The notes under the pieces were generated by a model. The model did no database searches, was not told where the DNA came from, and was given only the letters and a program-made list of their open reading frames with translations. A program made the translations under genes and the position numbers. 64,000 bases of DNA. It comes from an uncultured virus (IMG/VR IMGVR_UViG_3300009174_000005) (Duplodnaviria > Heunggongvirae > Uroviricota > Caudoviricetes). Where the stretch lies: IMG/VR virus record IMGVR_UViG_3300009174_000005. One strand, written 5' to 3'. Every line of letters begins with the position of its first letter. Within the stretch, counting starts at the first letter, position 1. Shown here piece after piece: positions 56,332-64,000 of this stretch.

Positions 56332-58548
56332 ATGAAGCTGATTATGAAGCTAATTACGAAGCTGAATAAAATCATTACCATTGTTGCCCTTGCTAGTCTG
56401 ACTCTATCAACTTACACGAATATCGCACATGCACAATCGTCAGACATCTGGTCTCTATCACACGCGACGACTGCAAGCACGATTAGAATACCTGTACAAG
56501 ATGCGCCGAACGTGCGGGCTAAATATCTGACAGTCGCAGATTTGCAATATGGTCTAGCGCTGACCTCTGATACACGTTTTGGAGAAGATATATACGCTAG
56601 TACGTATGGGGCCTCTCCATCAGCATCAGCAGCTGTCAATGACGCTGCAATAACAGCCGCGTTAAGCTCTTTGCCGTCATACGGTGGAACTGTTCGTTTG
56701 CCGTGTGGTATACTGTCTGTGTCTGCTACAATTAATATAGGTAACGCCACTACTACTAGTAAATCAACTGTAAACGGCATAACACTGACAGGTTGTGGGC
56801 CTGGTGCTGATTCAATCAACTTAGGCGCTAGTAGCGTATCAGCAGCAACTAGGCTTCAATGGTCAGGCACCACTAACGGAACGATGATGTTGATACAAGG
56901 TCCTGTAGAAGGTGTTACAGTCAAAAACTTAATGCTAGACGCCAATTCAATAGCTGGAACTGGAATACACTCACTTAGATCATTCCATCAAGTTGTTTTA
57001 AACGTGCAAATCATACAGTGGAGACAAACTGCTATTACTATCGACGCAGATAGAGCATACTCTTGTGGGGGGTGTGGCGGTGCTGGCGCACCATTCGATC
57101 AATTATGGGAAATGGTACAAGTAGTAGACCCCGCCACTACCACGTCGTCAGCACTGGCAATAGGGGCTAATGCTAACGTAGCAACAGCTAACACTAATGA
57201 ATTGTCTTTTGTCCGTTGCACATTCGAACGCGGATCGGCTTCCACTGCTTACGGTGTATGGCTTGGCAACACAGATCACGACACGTTTGTACACAGTGAA
57301 TTCTTGCATAGAGGATCTACTACAGGTGCAGCAGTTGTGGTTGCGTCGCAAGTAGGTGCTACAGCCTTTCCTACTAATATTACGTTTGTTGCCACCCCTA
57401 TAATAGGTGGTGTTCTCCAAGATAATACAGCGGCTACGTGGAGCAACACAATACCCGCTGTGATATTTCTGCCTTACTACACGGCAGACAGTCAACAAAT
57501 ACCACCTGTAGGCGCTAACTCTACCACGTTGGATGTTAGGCTTGCCGCAGGTTTTACAGACCAAGGTATGCCGTTATCTGGGAGTGAGCAATTTACACTA
57601 TCTAATAATCAAGGTATGGCAACTAATCAAGTTGCGCTAGGATTAAATGGTATTTTATTTGAAGGATCTACATCTAACTCAAGCGAAGGATTTCTAACTG
57701 TAGTAGATCCTACAGCGGATATAACATGGACCCTGCCGAATGTAAGCGGTACTATCGTAACAACCGGTGACACTGGCACTGTTACGTCAACTATGCTTGC
57801 TAATGTATTACCAGCTAATACAACATCTACGACTAGTCAATACTTCACAGCGTATAATTCTACCACAGGCGTGTACACTAAAGCACAACCGGCTTTTAGT
57901 GATATATCTGGTACTGCTACAGGGGCGCAAACTCCACTGGCTGTGCTATTAGCGGGAACAAGCCAAACACTAGGCTCTAGTGGTAGTGATTTTAGCTTAG
58001 GTATGGTAGGTAATGGCGCCTTATTGCGGCCTGCCACTAGCGGGGCACATATATATATACAAGCGGGTACAGCGTTATCCGGCGGCAGCGCAGCACAGTT
58101 ATCATTCTCTGATATATTTGGTTCGCACATTTGGTTAGATATAGCGGCTAACGGAACGTTGACTACAGGTGCTCATATCGTCACATCCGCTGTAGCGAGT
58201 ATTACTCCTACGATAGCTTGCACAGGTACAGGAACGAGCCCTAGTGCCCCTACGATAGCCGGGACAGACTTAGCTTACGTTGTCACTATAAACACTGGCA
58301 CAGGGACACCAGGGAGCACAGGGACGTGCACCGTGACCTTTGGGACTGCCTACACTACCAACGCCCCCCCTACCGTCTGTATGCTCGTCAAGGGGGCCTC
58401 TACGTGGGGGAATGGTGCTACAATACAAGAGACTACAGAGTCAACGTCTGCACCCGTTTTCACGTGGACGAATCTAGTTGGCGGAATTGCTACCGCACTT
58501 ACTGTATCGACTAGTTACAAGTTCTCATGTATATCAATTGGGCGTTAA
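56332..58548 (+). CDS. beta-helix (pectate-lyase-3-like) tailspike/depolymerase with signal-peptide-like N-terminus
   Basis: YGA...DAAITAAL...GGTVRLPCG; N-terminal K-rich, hydrophobic, AHA motif. Confidence 0.7.
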   Translation: MKLIMKLITKLNKIITIVALASLTLSTYTNIAHAQSSDIWSLSHATTASTIRIPVQDAPNVRAKYLTVADLQYGLALTSDTRFGEDIYASTYGASPSASAAVNDAAITAALSSLPSYGGTVRLPCGILSVSATINIGNATTTSKSTVNGITLTGCGPGADSINLGASSVSAATRLQWSGTTNGTMMLIQGPVEGVTVKNLMLDANSIAGTGIHSLRSFHQVVLNVQIIQWRQTAITIDADRAYSCGGCGGAGAPFDQLWEMVQVVDPATTTSSALAIGANANVATANTNELSFVRCTFERGSASTAYGVWLGNTDHDTFVHSEFLHRGSTTGAAVVVASQVGATAFPTNITFVATPIIGGVLQDNTAATWSNTIPAVIFLPYYTADSQQIPPVGANSTTLDVRLAAGFTDQGMPLSGSEQFTLSNNQGMATNQVALGLNGILFEGSTSNSSEGFLTVVDPTADITWTLPNVSGTIVTTGDTGTVTSTMLANVLPANTTSTTSQYFTAYNSTTGVYTKAQPAFSDISGTATGAQTPLAVLLAGTSQTLGSSGSDFSLGMVGNGALLRPATSGAHIYIQAGTALSGGSAAQLSFSDIFGSHIWLDIAANGTLTTGAHIVTSAVASITPTIACTGTGTSPSAPTIAGTDLAYVVTINTGTGTPGSTGTCTVTFGTAYTTNAPPTVCMLVKGASTWGNGATIQETTESTSAPVFTWTNLVGGIATALTVSTSYKFSCISIGR

Positions 58549-58574
58549 AAATAAGTATTAAAAGGTAATCTGCA

Positions 58575-59405
58575 ATGGGCGTCCCTATCCTAGCCACACC
58601 TGTGCTGTCTGACCTATCAGTTATAACCGGTGGACCCGTAGCAGGGTCTATGCCGTTGACAAATTTGCAAACAGAGCAACCATCGCTACCTTGTAGATTT
58701 ACAGATTTAACCCAAGCGTATTTCACTGTAACACTGCCCAATGCATATAATTTAAACTTGATAGATTTAGCTTACTCGAATGCTAGCTCTAACGCAATGG
58801 TGCGTCGCCGCGCTGCTACAAGCTTATCCGGTTTAACGTCTGCACCTGCGGTTGATATTACTTTACCATTCTGGCCTACAGCAGGTTTAGATATCGCAGG
58901 TTTTACTCGTTTCCCGCATTTAATCTACTCATCTGCTGGTTTTGGCAATTACAAATACTGGCGCTTTGATATTCTCGACACTGGTAACGCAGCCGGATAT
59001 GTGCAAATCGGCCGCTTGATATTAGCAAGTAAATCAGCTAACACGTGTTATGAATTCCCTAGAGGTGTATCCGCCGACGGTACAATAGGTACGAATGAAC
59101 CCTCAGCTAGGCTGGTATCAGGGGGAGGTCAAATCTATCCTACGATCAGAAGTAAAACAGGACGACAGAAATTCACAGTCGTAGGCGTGAAAGAAGTAGA
59201 CGTGTTAAAGACGATAGGGGGTATCCAACGCACTAGAGGTGTAAGTAGATCTGTGTTATTTGTTAAATCTACCACAAATCCAACGTATATTGTTGAAAAA
59301 TCCACGTATGGACTGCTTACTATAGCGGATAAACCATATCGCTCATACGGCGAAGGTACGGGAATAGCATATAATATAGATGGAACAATAGAGGAGATGT
59401 CGTAA
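58575..59405 (+). CDS. distal tail-like protein
   Basis: PLTNLQ, YKYWRFDI.D..N..GYVQIGRL. Confidence 0.7.
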   Translation: MGVPILATPVLSDLSVITGGPVAGSMPLTNLQTEQPSLPCRFTDLTQAYFTVTLPNAYNLNLIDLAYSNASSNAMVRRRAATSLSGLTSAPAVDITLPFWPTAGLDIAGFTRFPHLIYSSAGFGNYKYWRFDILDTGNAAGYVQIGRLILASKSANTCYEFPRGVSADGTIGTNEPSARLVSGGGQIYPTIRSKTGRQKFTVVGVKEVDVLKTIGGIQRTRGVSRSVLFVKSTTNPTYIVEKSTYGLLTIADKPYRSYGEGTGIAYNIDGTIEEMS

Positions 59406-59407
59406 AC

Positions 59408-60334
59408 ATGACGCCTATTAAAGTCACTCCACTAGTCGGAAGTGTTACAGTAACCACAGGTACGGGTGATTATTCGTTGGGTGCTGCAATGCCAGCGCCG
59501 AATAGATCGCTACAGTCAGTACTAGCAGATGGAGATAAATTCCCGTATACGTGCCGCGACGGAGTTAATTTTGAGACAGGCGTAGGTACATATCATGCGG
59601 CGGGTGGAGGGACTGTAACTAGAACGTCTGTAGGGTTTAGCTCAAATGGTAGTAATACGGCATTTAACTGGACAGGTGGGGGTACTCGCACTCTATTCAT
59701 TGATTATGGCTATGGGTTTCTACTACTAGATAATAATCTATCTGACTTGCCTAATCCACAAACCTCTAGAGCTAATCTAGGGCTACCTACTAATATCGAT
59801 TTAACTAGTGTTAACAGTATTGTACCATTGACAGATTCAAGCGGCAGATTACCAGCTGGCATAAACGTTAGCCTGTGTACAGGATTTCCAGCAGCTACAG
59901 CAAGCATTCCAAGCGGCACAGCGCTAGGAGGGTTTTTTCAAGCTGCGGCTCCATCAGGATGGACTAGGATAACTACGTATGATGATTGCTTGATAGGAAT
60001 CGCTAATAACATAGGTACGACAGGCGGAGGTCCTTTTAATGGGGGCACGTTTGTAGCTGGAGGGTGGGACCCTACAAGCGGTGTAACGGTAACAGGGACA
60101 GCTATCAGCATTGCACAGATGCCGGCACACGTACACTCGACAGCATTTGTGTCACAAACGTTTGGCACAGTCTACGCGTCTGGTACGTCCATACCAGCAC
60201 CGCCGTCTACGGGCGGAAGTACGGGGGCAGATACAGCATCTACGGGAGGGGGTGCTACACATACACACACATTGACAAACGCGCAATCATGGCGACCACC
60301 TACACTTAAAACACTTTTATGTTCAAAGAATTAA
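59408..60334 (+). CDS. tail fibre protein
   Basis: TTGTG, FETGVGTY, NNLSDL..RANLGL, collar FFQAAAPSGW, QMPAH.H...H.H. Confidence 0.85.
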   Translation: MTPIKVTPLVGSVTVTTGTGDYSLGAAMPAPNRSLQSVLADGDKFPYTCRDGVNFETGVGTYHAAGGGTVTRTSVGFSSNGSNTAFNWTGGGTRTLFIDYGYGFLLLDNNLSDLPNPQTSRANLGLPTNIDLTSVNSIVPLTDSSGRLPAGINVSLCTGFPAATASIPSGTALGGFFQAAAPSGWTRITTYDDCLIGIANNIGTTGGGPFNGGTFVAGGWDPTSGVTVTGTAISIAQMPAHVHSTAFVSQTFGTVYASGTSIPAPPSTGGSTGADTASTGGGATHTHTLTNAQSWRPPTLKTLLCSKN

Positions 60335-60375
60335 AGAATTAAAATAAACATACATAAGGCAGATAAACATACACT

Positions 60376-60786
60376 ATGAAAACTAAACACCCATTCGCCG
60401 AATCTCAACAATGCACCCGCGTACCAGTTGCCCTTGTACCTGTTACAGATGAGCACCCTGCGGGCCTCAAGTGGGATCGGCCATGTCTATGCCCCGACTG
60501 GCAGGAGCTAGAGCACCAGGTAGGCACTCCAGACGGTTCTACGCGCATTGTACGCGTCAGTGGATGCCTCAAGAAGTTACTCCCTTGGATGCTAGCAGGT
60601 GCAGCTAGGCAGGCGCAAGCAGGATTAAACGAGATAGTAGCAGCGCGGCAGGATATTCAACGGGCGGAAGTTACTACGGCCGCTGGTCTGTATCAGATTG
60701 CAGCGGCCGTAGCACGTAATCAGGAAGTTCAGTTGTTACAACCTAGTACTGACGAACAAATAGAAGTGATTAAACGTTTAACGTAG
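60376..60786 (+). CDS. tail-fibre-associated protein
   Basis: Cys motifs plus coiled coil, following the fibre gene. Confidence 0.55.
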   Translation: MKTKHPFAESQQCTRVPVALVPVTDEHPAGLKWDRPCLCPDWQELEHQVGTPDGSTRIVRVSGCLKKLLPWMLAGAARQAQAGLNEIVAARQDIQRAEVTTAAGLYQIAAAVARNQEVQLLQPSTDEQIEVIKRLT

Positions 60787-61110
60787 TTGATACTCTACCA
60801 ACCTATTGTTATTCGCGTCGTACATAGGCACAAGCACACCAGTAATCACGATTTCTTGATACCCGCTCGTGGGTAGGGAGTAACAAGGCCCTAAGTACGG
60901 ACGTCGACACGTAATAGTCCATGCGCCCGTTGTATTAGTTGAAAACGAGAACGTCATAGCCTGAATATACCCCGAAGCACCGACTTCAGTAACAACAGGG
61001 TTTGTAACCATATAACCGTCTAGTACAAATGATGCGGACGGCGTAGCGTCTCCTCTGCTAGGTAGTAACATAAGCATAAACAACACCACAGCAGCGCTAA
61101 CGTGCTTCAT
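60778..61110 (-). CDS. secreted protein (paralog 1)
   Basis: signal peptide; CRRPYLGPC; GGAGG SD. Confidence 0.75.
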   Translation of the reverse strand: MKHVSAAVVLFMLMLLPSRGDATPSASFVLDGYMVTNPVVTEVGASGYIQAMTFSFSTNTTGAWTITCRRPYLGPCYSLPTSGYQEIVITGVLVPMYDANNNRLVEYQLR

Positions 61111-61136
61111 TTAACTCTGACCTCCCGACTAGTAGA

Positions 61137-61523
61137 TTAGTTATTGATGGTAATGCTAGTCACGTGGAACGTAACCCCGGAAGTCTCGTAGGAAGTGGTG
61201 GTATACCCGTAAACAGAGATTAGATGTCCGGCGGAATTAAGGATAGCAGTGCAGGCGCCTAGATACGGACGTAGACACTGAAACTGCATTGCAGGCGCCG
61301 CACCATAGCCGTATTCTTGGACTTGAAAATTAATATTAGTAACGGCTCCTGCCGCGCCGTAGTAGACTTGTGGTGGCACCGTGAGTGTACCATCTGATAC
61401 GAACGTAGCACCGTGCGCTCTCACAGGTAGAAACGTGGACACAACAACTAACACACTAGCAATAAACATAGGTTTGTACTTTCTATTGCTTACCCTTGCT
61501 GCTTGATACATTCGATGTCTCAC
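61137..61523 (-). CDS. secreted protein (paralog 2)
   Basis: signal-like segment; CLRPYLGAC; start uncertain. Confidence 0.7.
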   Translation of the reverse strand: MRHRMYQAARVSNRKYKPMFIASVLVVVSTFLPVRAHGATFVSDGTLTVPPQVYYGAAGAVTNINFQVQEYGYGAAPAMQFQCLRPYLGACTAILNSAGHLISVYGYTTTSYETSGVTFHVTSITINN

Positions 61524-61645
61524 TTTCTTTAGTTAATTCTCATCAATAGATATTGACTTTCCTACTTACAACCACTTACACCTTGGGAACTAACTACACA
61601 CAACTAGATGACGCAATTTACTAATTGAGCTTATTCCCCCCTTTC

Positions 61646-61981
61646 TTACGGTAGTATATCTGTTCCCTCTGTCAAGATAAAAAAGTCGATTCTATCAGCT
61701 GCTACCAGAGTGTTTGTCCACCTGTCTTCAGTAAAGAAGCGCTCTGGCCAACAGTCCACATGGAATAACCTAGTTGCTTGTTCTTCGCTTAGATTTAGTA
61801 ACTTTTCCGCCGTGTCTGTGTCATCCATAATTACTTCTGCCCATCCACCTATACAATGTGTAGTGGCACAGTTCCAATATCTGGGGTCTTCCCTAGGTGG
61901 ATAGTGAAAATACTGCATGTCGTACTGATTTGGGTGCATCAATATTCGTTCTTTCACTTTAAGCAGAAGTTCAACATTCAT
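61646..61981 (-). CDS. conserved phage protein
   Basis: MNVELLLKV...CATTHCIGGWA...A.RLF. Confidence 0.75.
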   Translation of the reverse strand: MNVELLLKVKERILMHPNQYDMQYFHYPPREDPRYWNCATTHCIGGWAEVIMDDTDTAEKLLNLSEEQATRLFHVDCWPERFFTEDRWTNTLVAADRIDFFILTEGTDILP

Positions 61982-62262
61982 TATACCGTCCTCTCCCGCT
62001 TCATACGTACATTTCCCGCCGCGATCTCTACCGCACGCCTAGGAGTAGATCCTAGCGTCTTTTGAAGCGTAAGCCAATACTCTCTGATAGTTTCATCGCC
62101 AGGTAGAGACCTGCCGTCGTCTTCTCGCTCGCGGATAGTGTCTAGCAGATTATGCATCTGGTCTAGTACTCTGCACGGATCTGTAAGAGACGCACGGTAG
62201 AGACTAAGAGTCAAGGTGTGTACGCTGGTGTTATGTGCCCTAGTTAACAACTCAACAGACAT
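61981..62262 (-). CDS. hypothetical protein
   Basis: coupled operon. Confidence 0.6.
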   Translation of the reverse strand: MSVELLTRAHNTSVHTLTLSLYRASLTDPCRVLDQMHNLLDTIREREDDGRSLPGDETIREYWLTLQKTLGSTPRRAVEIAAGNVRMKRERTV

Positions 62263-62452
62263 TGAGACCCCCTAGTTTCATACCTCGTTTGCGCAGTTCA
62301 CGGCGTACATATCGATTGTTTCTAGTAATCAAGTAAGACATGATTTTAGCAATACGTTCCATAGCGTCAGCACGTGCACGGCGAGATGTAGATTCAGCTA
62401 GTAGGTATTTCTTGCAGACTGGCAGCATGTGTGTATGGGAAAGAGCGTTCAT
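62252..62452 (-). CDS. basic hypothetical protein
   Basis: coupled operon. Confidence 0.55.
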   Translation of the reverse strand: MNALSHTHMLPVCKKYLLAESTSRRARADAMERIAKIMSYLITRNNRYVRRELRKRGMKLGGLNVC

Positions 62453-62686
62453 TTACCAGTTTTCCACGCCATTGACTACGCGATTGTCAATCTGCCAACT
62501 AACAGAGTGCCCCAATTCGCGCGCGAATACTGCCGCATCCTCTATTCTCGTGAAATATTTAATCTTGCTTTCACGTCCGCGTAATGGGTCTATAGGTGTG
62601 GGGTACCAGCGTACACGGGCTTCTTTCACTGTGGGGGTAAACTGTCCGGAATTATTGCGAGTAGATGTACCATTGTTGCTTGCCAT
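62453..62686 (-). CDS. hypothetical protein (leaderless start MASNNG)
   Basis: ATG 62686 six nt after the -10 box. Confidence 0.65.
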   Translation of the reverse strand: MASNNGTSTRNNSGQFTPTVKEARVRWYPTPIDPLRGRESKIKYFTRIEDAAVFARELGHSVSWQIDNRVVNGVENW

Positions 62687-62692
62687 AGACGT

Positions 62693-62721
62693 AAGATATC
62701 GCATGTCGTACACCGTGTCAA
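62693..62721 (-). promoter_or_regulatory. sigma70-type leaderless promoter
   Basis: TTGACA-N17-TATCTT on minus strand. Confidence 0.75.
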
Positions 62722-62747
62722 TAGGGGAAAATAGGGCGTATTAGGGC

Positions 62748-62897
62748 TTATAAGATTCGCACTAAGATAGGGTTATTTTCCACTTTCTTGTATAACTGAC
62801 TGCTAGTGGTCATTGCATGGCGCGCCCTGCGGATTGTGTATATACGTTCATCCTTGCCGTCTGTACGTACTATGTAGTATTCAGTCGTAGTCTTCAT
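62748..62897 (-). CDS. small hypothetical protein (49 aa)
   Basis: MKTTTEYYIVRTDGKDER...; GAGGGAG SD after promoter. Confidence 0.6.
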   Translation of the reverse strand: MKTTTEYYIVRTDGKDERIYTIRRARHAMTTSSQLYKKVENNPILVRIL

Positions 62898-62927
62898 TTT
62901 GTCTGTCTCCCTCTCTTGTATGGACGT

Positions 62928-62979
62928 ATCCTACAACATCGATTTTACCGTGTCAAGGGGCAAGTAAGGCGGAAGTTAC
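62928..62979 (-). promoter_or_regulatory. sigma70-type promoter; 29 bp identical to 19927-19955
   Basis: GTAACTTCCGCCTTACTTGCCCCTTGACA-N17-TAGGAT. Confidence 0.85.
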
Positions 62980-62998
62980 CTACCTCTCTGCTCTCTGG

Positions 62999-63027
62999 TA
63001 GACTTCCCCTCGTCTATCTGCTACTAT
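62999..63027 (+). promoter_or_regulatory. candidate divergent promoter
   Basis: TAGACT-N17-TACTAT. Confidence 0.45.
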
Positions 63028-63113
63028 CCTATAGCAGGTAGGCACTTTAGCAGCGGCAAGGGTCGCTCGATCTCTCAAGCCGGCTCGATCCACTATATGG
63101 AGGTACCTACCCA

Positions 63114-63437
63114 TTGCCAGGCCCACACGACGACAGCACCCGCGCCCCTTTCCCTGTTTGGCTTAAAGAGTTGTGCTATTTCGGCGGTCTCATTATAGCA
63201 TTAGCTGCGTTTCAATTCAATCAATCAAGCGATTTACGCTCAGCACGCGAGGAGATGGCGCACATCTCTTCCGATGTTACCGCAATTAGACAAAGCTTAC
63301 CCGATAAAGAAGTATACGATCTACGGCTAAAAACACTAGATGATAAAATAGGCACGTTACGTGGTGATGTTGAGTTTGAAAAGGCAAAAGCACAAATGCT
63401 AAGAGAACATTTAATAAAGAAAGGTTGGGTAGATTAA
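63114..63437 (+). CDS. TM plus coiled-coil protein (lysis-region type)
   Basis: GGAGGT SD; one TM helix then coiled coil. Confidence 0.6.
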   Translation: MPGPHDDSTRAPFPVWLKELCYFGGLIIALAAFQFNQSSDLRSAREEMAHISSDVTAIRQSLPDKEVYDLRLKTLDDKIGTLRGDVEFEKAKAQMLREHLIKKGWVD

Positions 63438-63668
63438 ATGGCTATTGACACAACTACAGACGGTATTGATCCTCGACTCAATTGTGCAGCTGAAATCTGT
63501 TGTCAACGACAATCGGCAGAATCTAATAAGGCTCTGTGTGATATTCTAGCGGATCTAGGCGTGCCTGCTGATTTGCAAGATACCGTAGCGGCTAACATGC
63601 GTACACGCGGTATTGTGCTCATGCCTACACAACTAGCACATATTATAAAGCGTATTGCATTCGGTTAA
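63438..63668 (+). CDS. hypothetical protein
   Basis: abutting ORF. Confidence 0.55.
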   Translation: MAIDTTTDGIDPRLNCAAEICCQRQSAESNKALCDILADLGVPADLQDTVAANMRTRGIVLMPTQLAHIIKRIAFG

Positions 63669-63684
63669 CAAATCTGTGCCTGAT

Positions 63685-64000
63685 ATGTCTATATCACACG
63701 CTGTGCAAGAAAACGGAGATGCAATACGCTCCGCTGCTGTAGGTGTGCAACGTGACCTATTCATATCGCTAGCATCTGCATCAGGTATTGACACTACACA
63801 AGCTACGCAATTATTTGACGCTGCTGCCTCTCATGGTGTCCGCATATCCTCAGCTGCTAACACAGAGCGTGTAGCGGCTGAAACTCAAACAGATGCAGAC
63901 ATTCTGCGTACAGCTGGACAACGACGTATAAACCTATTATGGGAAGGCACGCAAGCTGGTATAGCTATCAGCGTGTGTTTCGTTGCACTGTTCGTAGCAG
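63685..64000 (+). CDS. membrane protein, possibly holin-like (truncated by window end)
   Basis: open to the window end; GQRRINLLWEGTQAGIAISV then TM segment. Confidence 0.55.
   Translation, partial: MSISHAVQENGDAIRSAAVGVQRDLFISLASASGIDTTQATQLFDAAASHGVRISSAANTERVAAETQTDADILRTAGQRRINLLWEGTQAGIAISVCFVALFVA

Noticed and set aside
47769..60168. Many minus-strand ORFs in the structural region
   Set aside because: Antisense shadows of long + strand genes, without SD or motifs.
59408..60334. Diversity-generating retroelement or invertible fibre cassette
   Set aside because: No RT, invertase or TR/VR repeat pair detected by eye.
1..64000. Integrase, att site or host flanks
   Set aside because: None recognised in the window, so lifestyle cannot be determined here.

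Overview
The window is a 64-kb segment of a tailed dsDNA phage with a long non-contractile tail (siphovirus-like), almost all on the + strand. Order: replication/recombination genes (SSB-like, PD-(D/E)XK exonuclease, Sak4-like ATPase, NADAR, ERCC4 nuclease); a tRNA/structured-RNA operon (tRNA-Leu CAA, tRNA-Ile UAU); thyX; a UDG-PolA fusion; a long array of small accessory genes under a family of sigma70-like, mostly leaderless promoters; terminase, portal, protease and capsid; a methyltransferase plus two glycosyltransferases inside the head-tail module; tail genes with a -1 frameshift chaperone and a 2083-aa tape measure; a short minus-strand island; and the probable start of a lysis region. 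Top candidate for a new system: a promoter-driven cassette (13820-14684) encoding an orphan lanthipeptide/RiPP-like precursor (KLxLxxETLxxL leader, double-Gly, Ser/Thr/Cys core) and a 14-Cys secreted mini-protein, with no maturase in the window, suggesting hijack or decoying of host RiPP machinery. Other highlights: a portal with a C-terminal P-loop domain behind a putative protease site, several unassigned structured RNAs, a stand-alone PolA fingers-helix mini-protein, and several gene-inactivating lesions. All calls come from reading motifs by eye; no searches were run.
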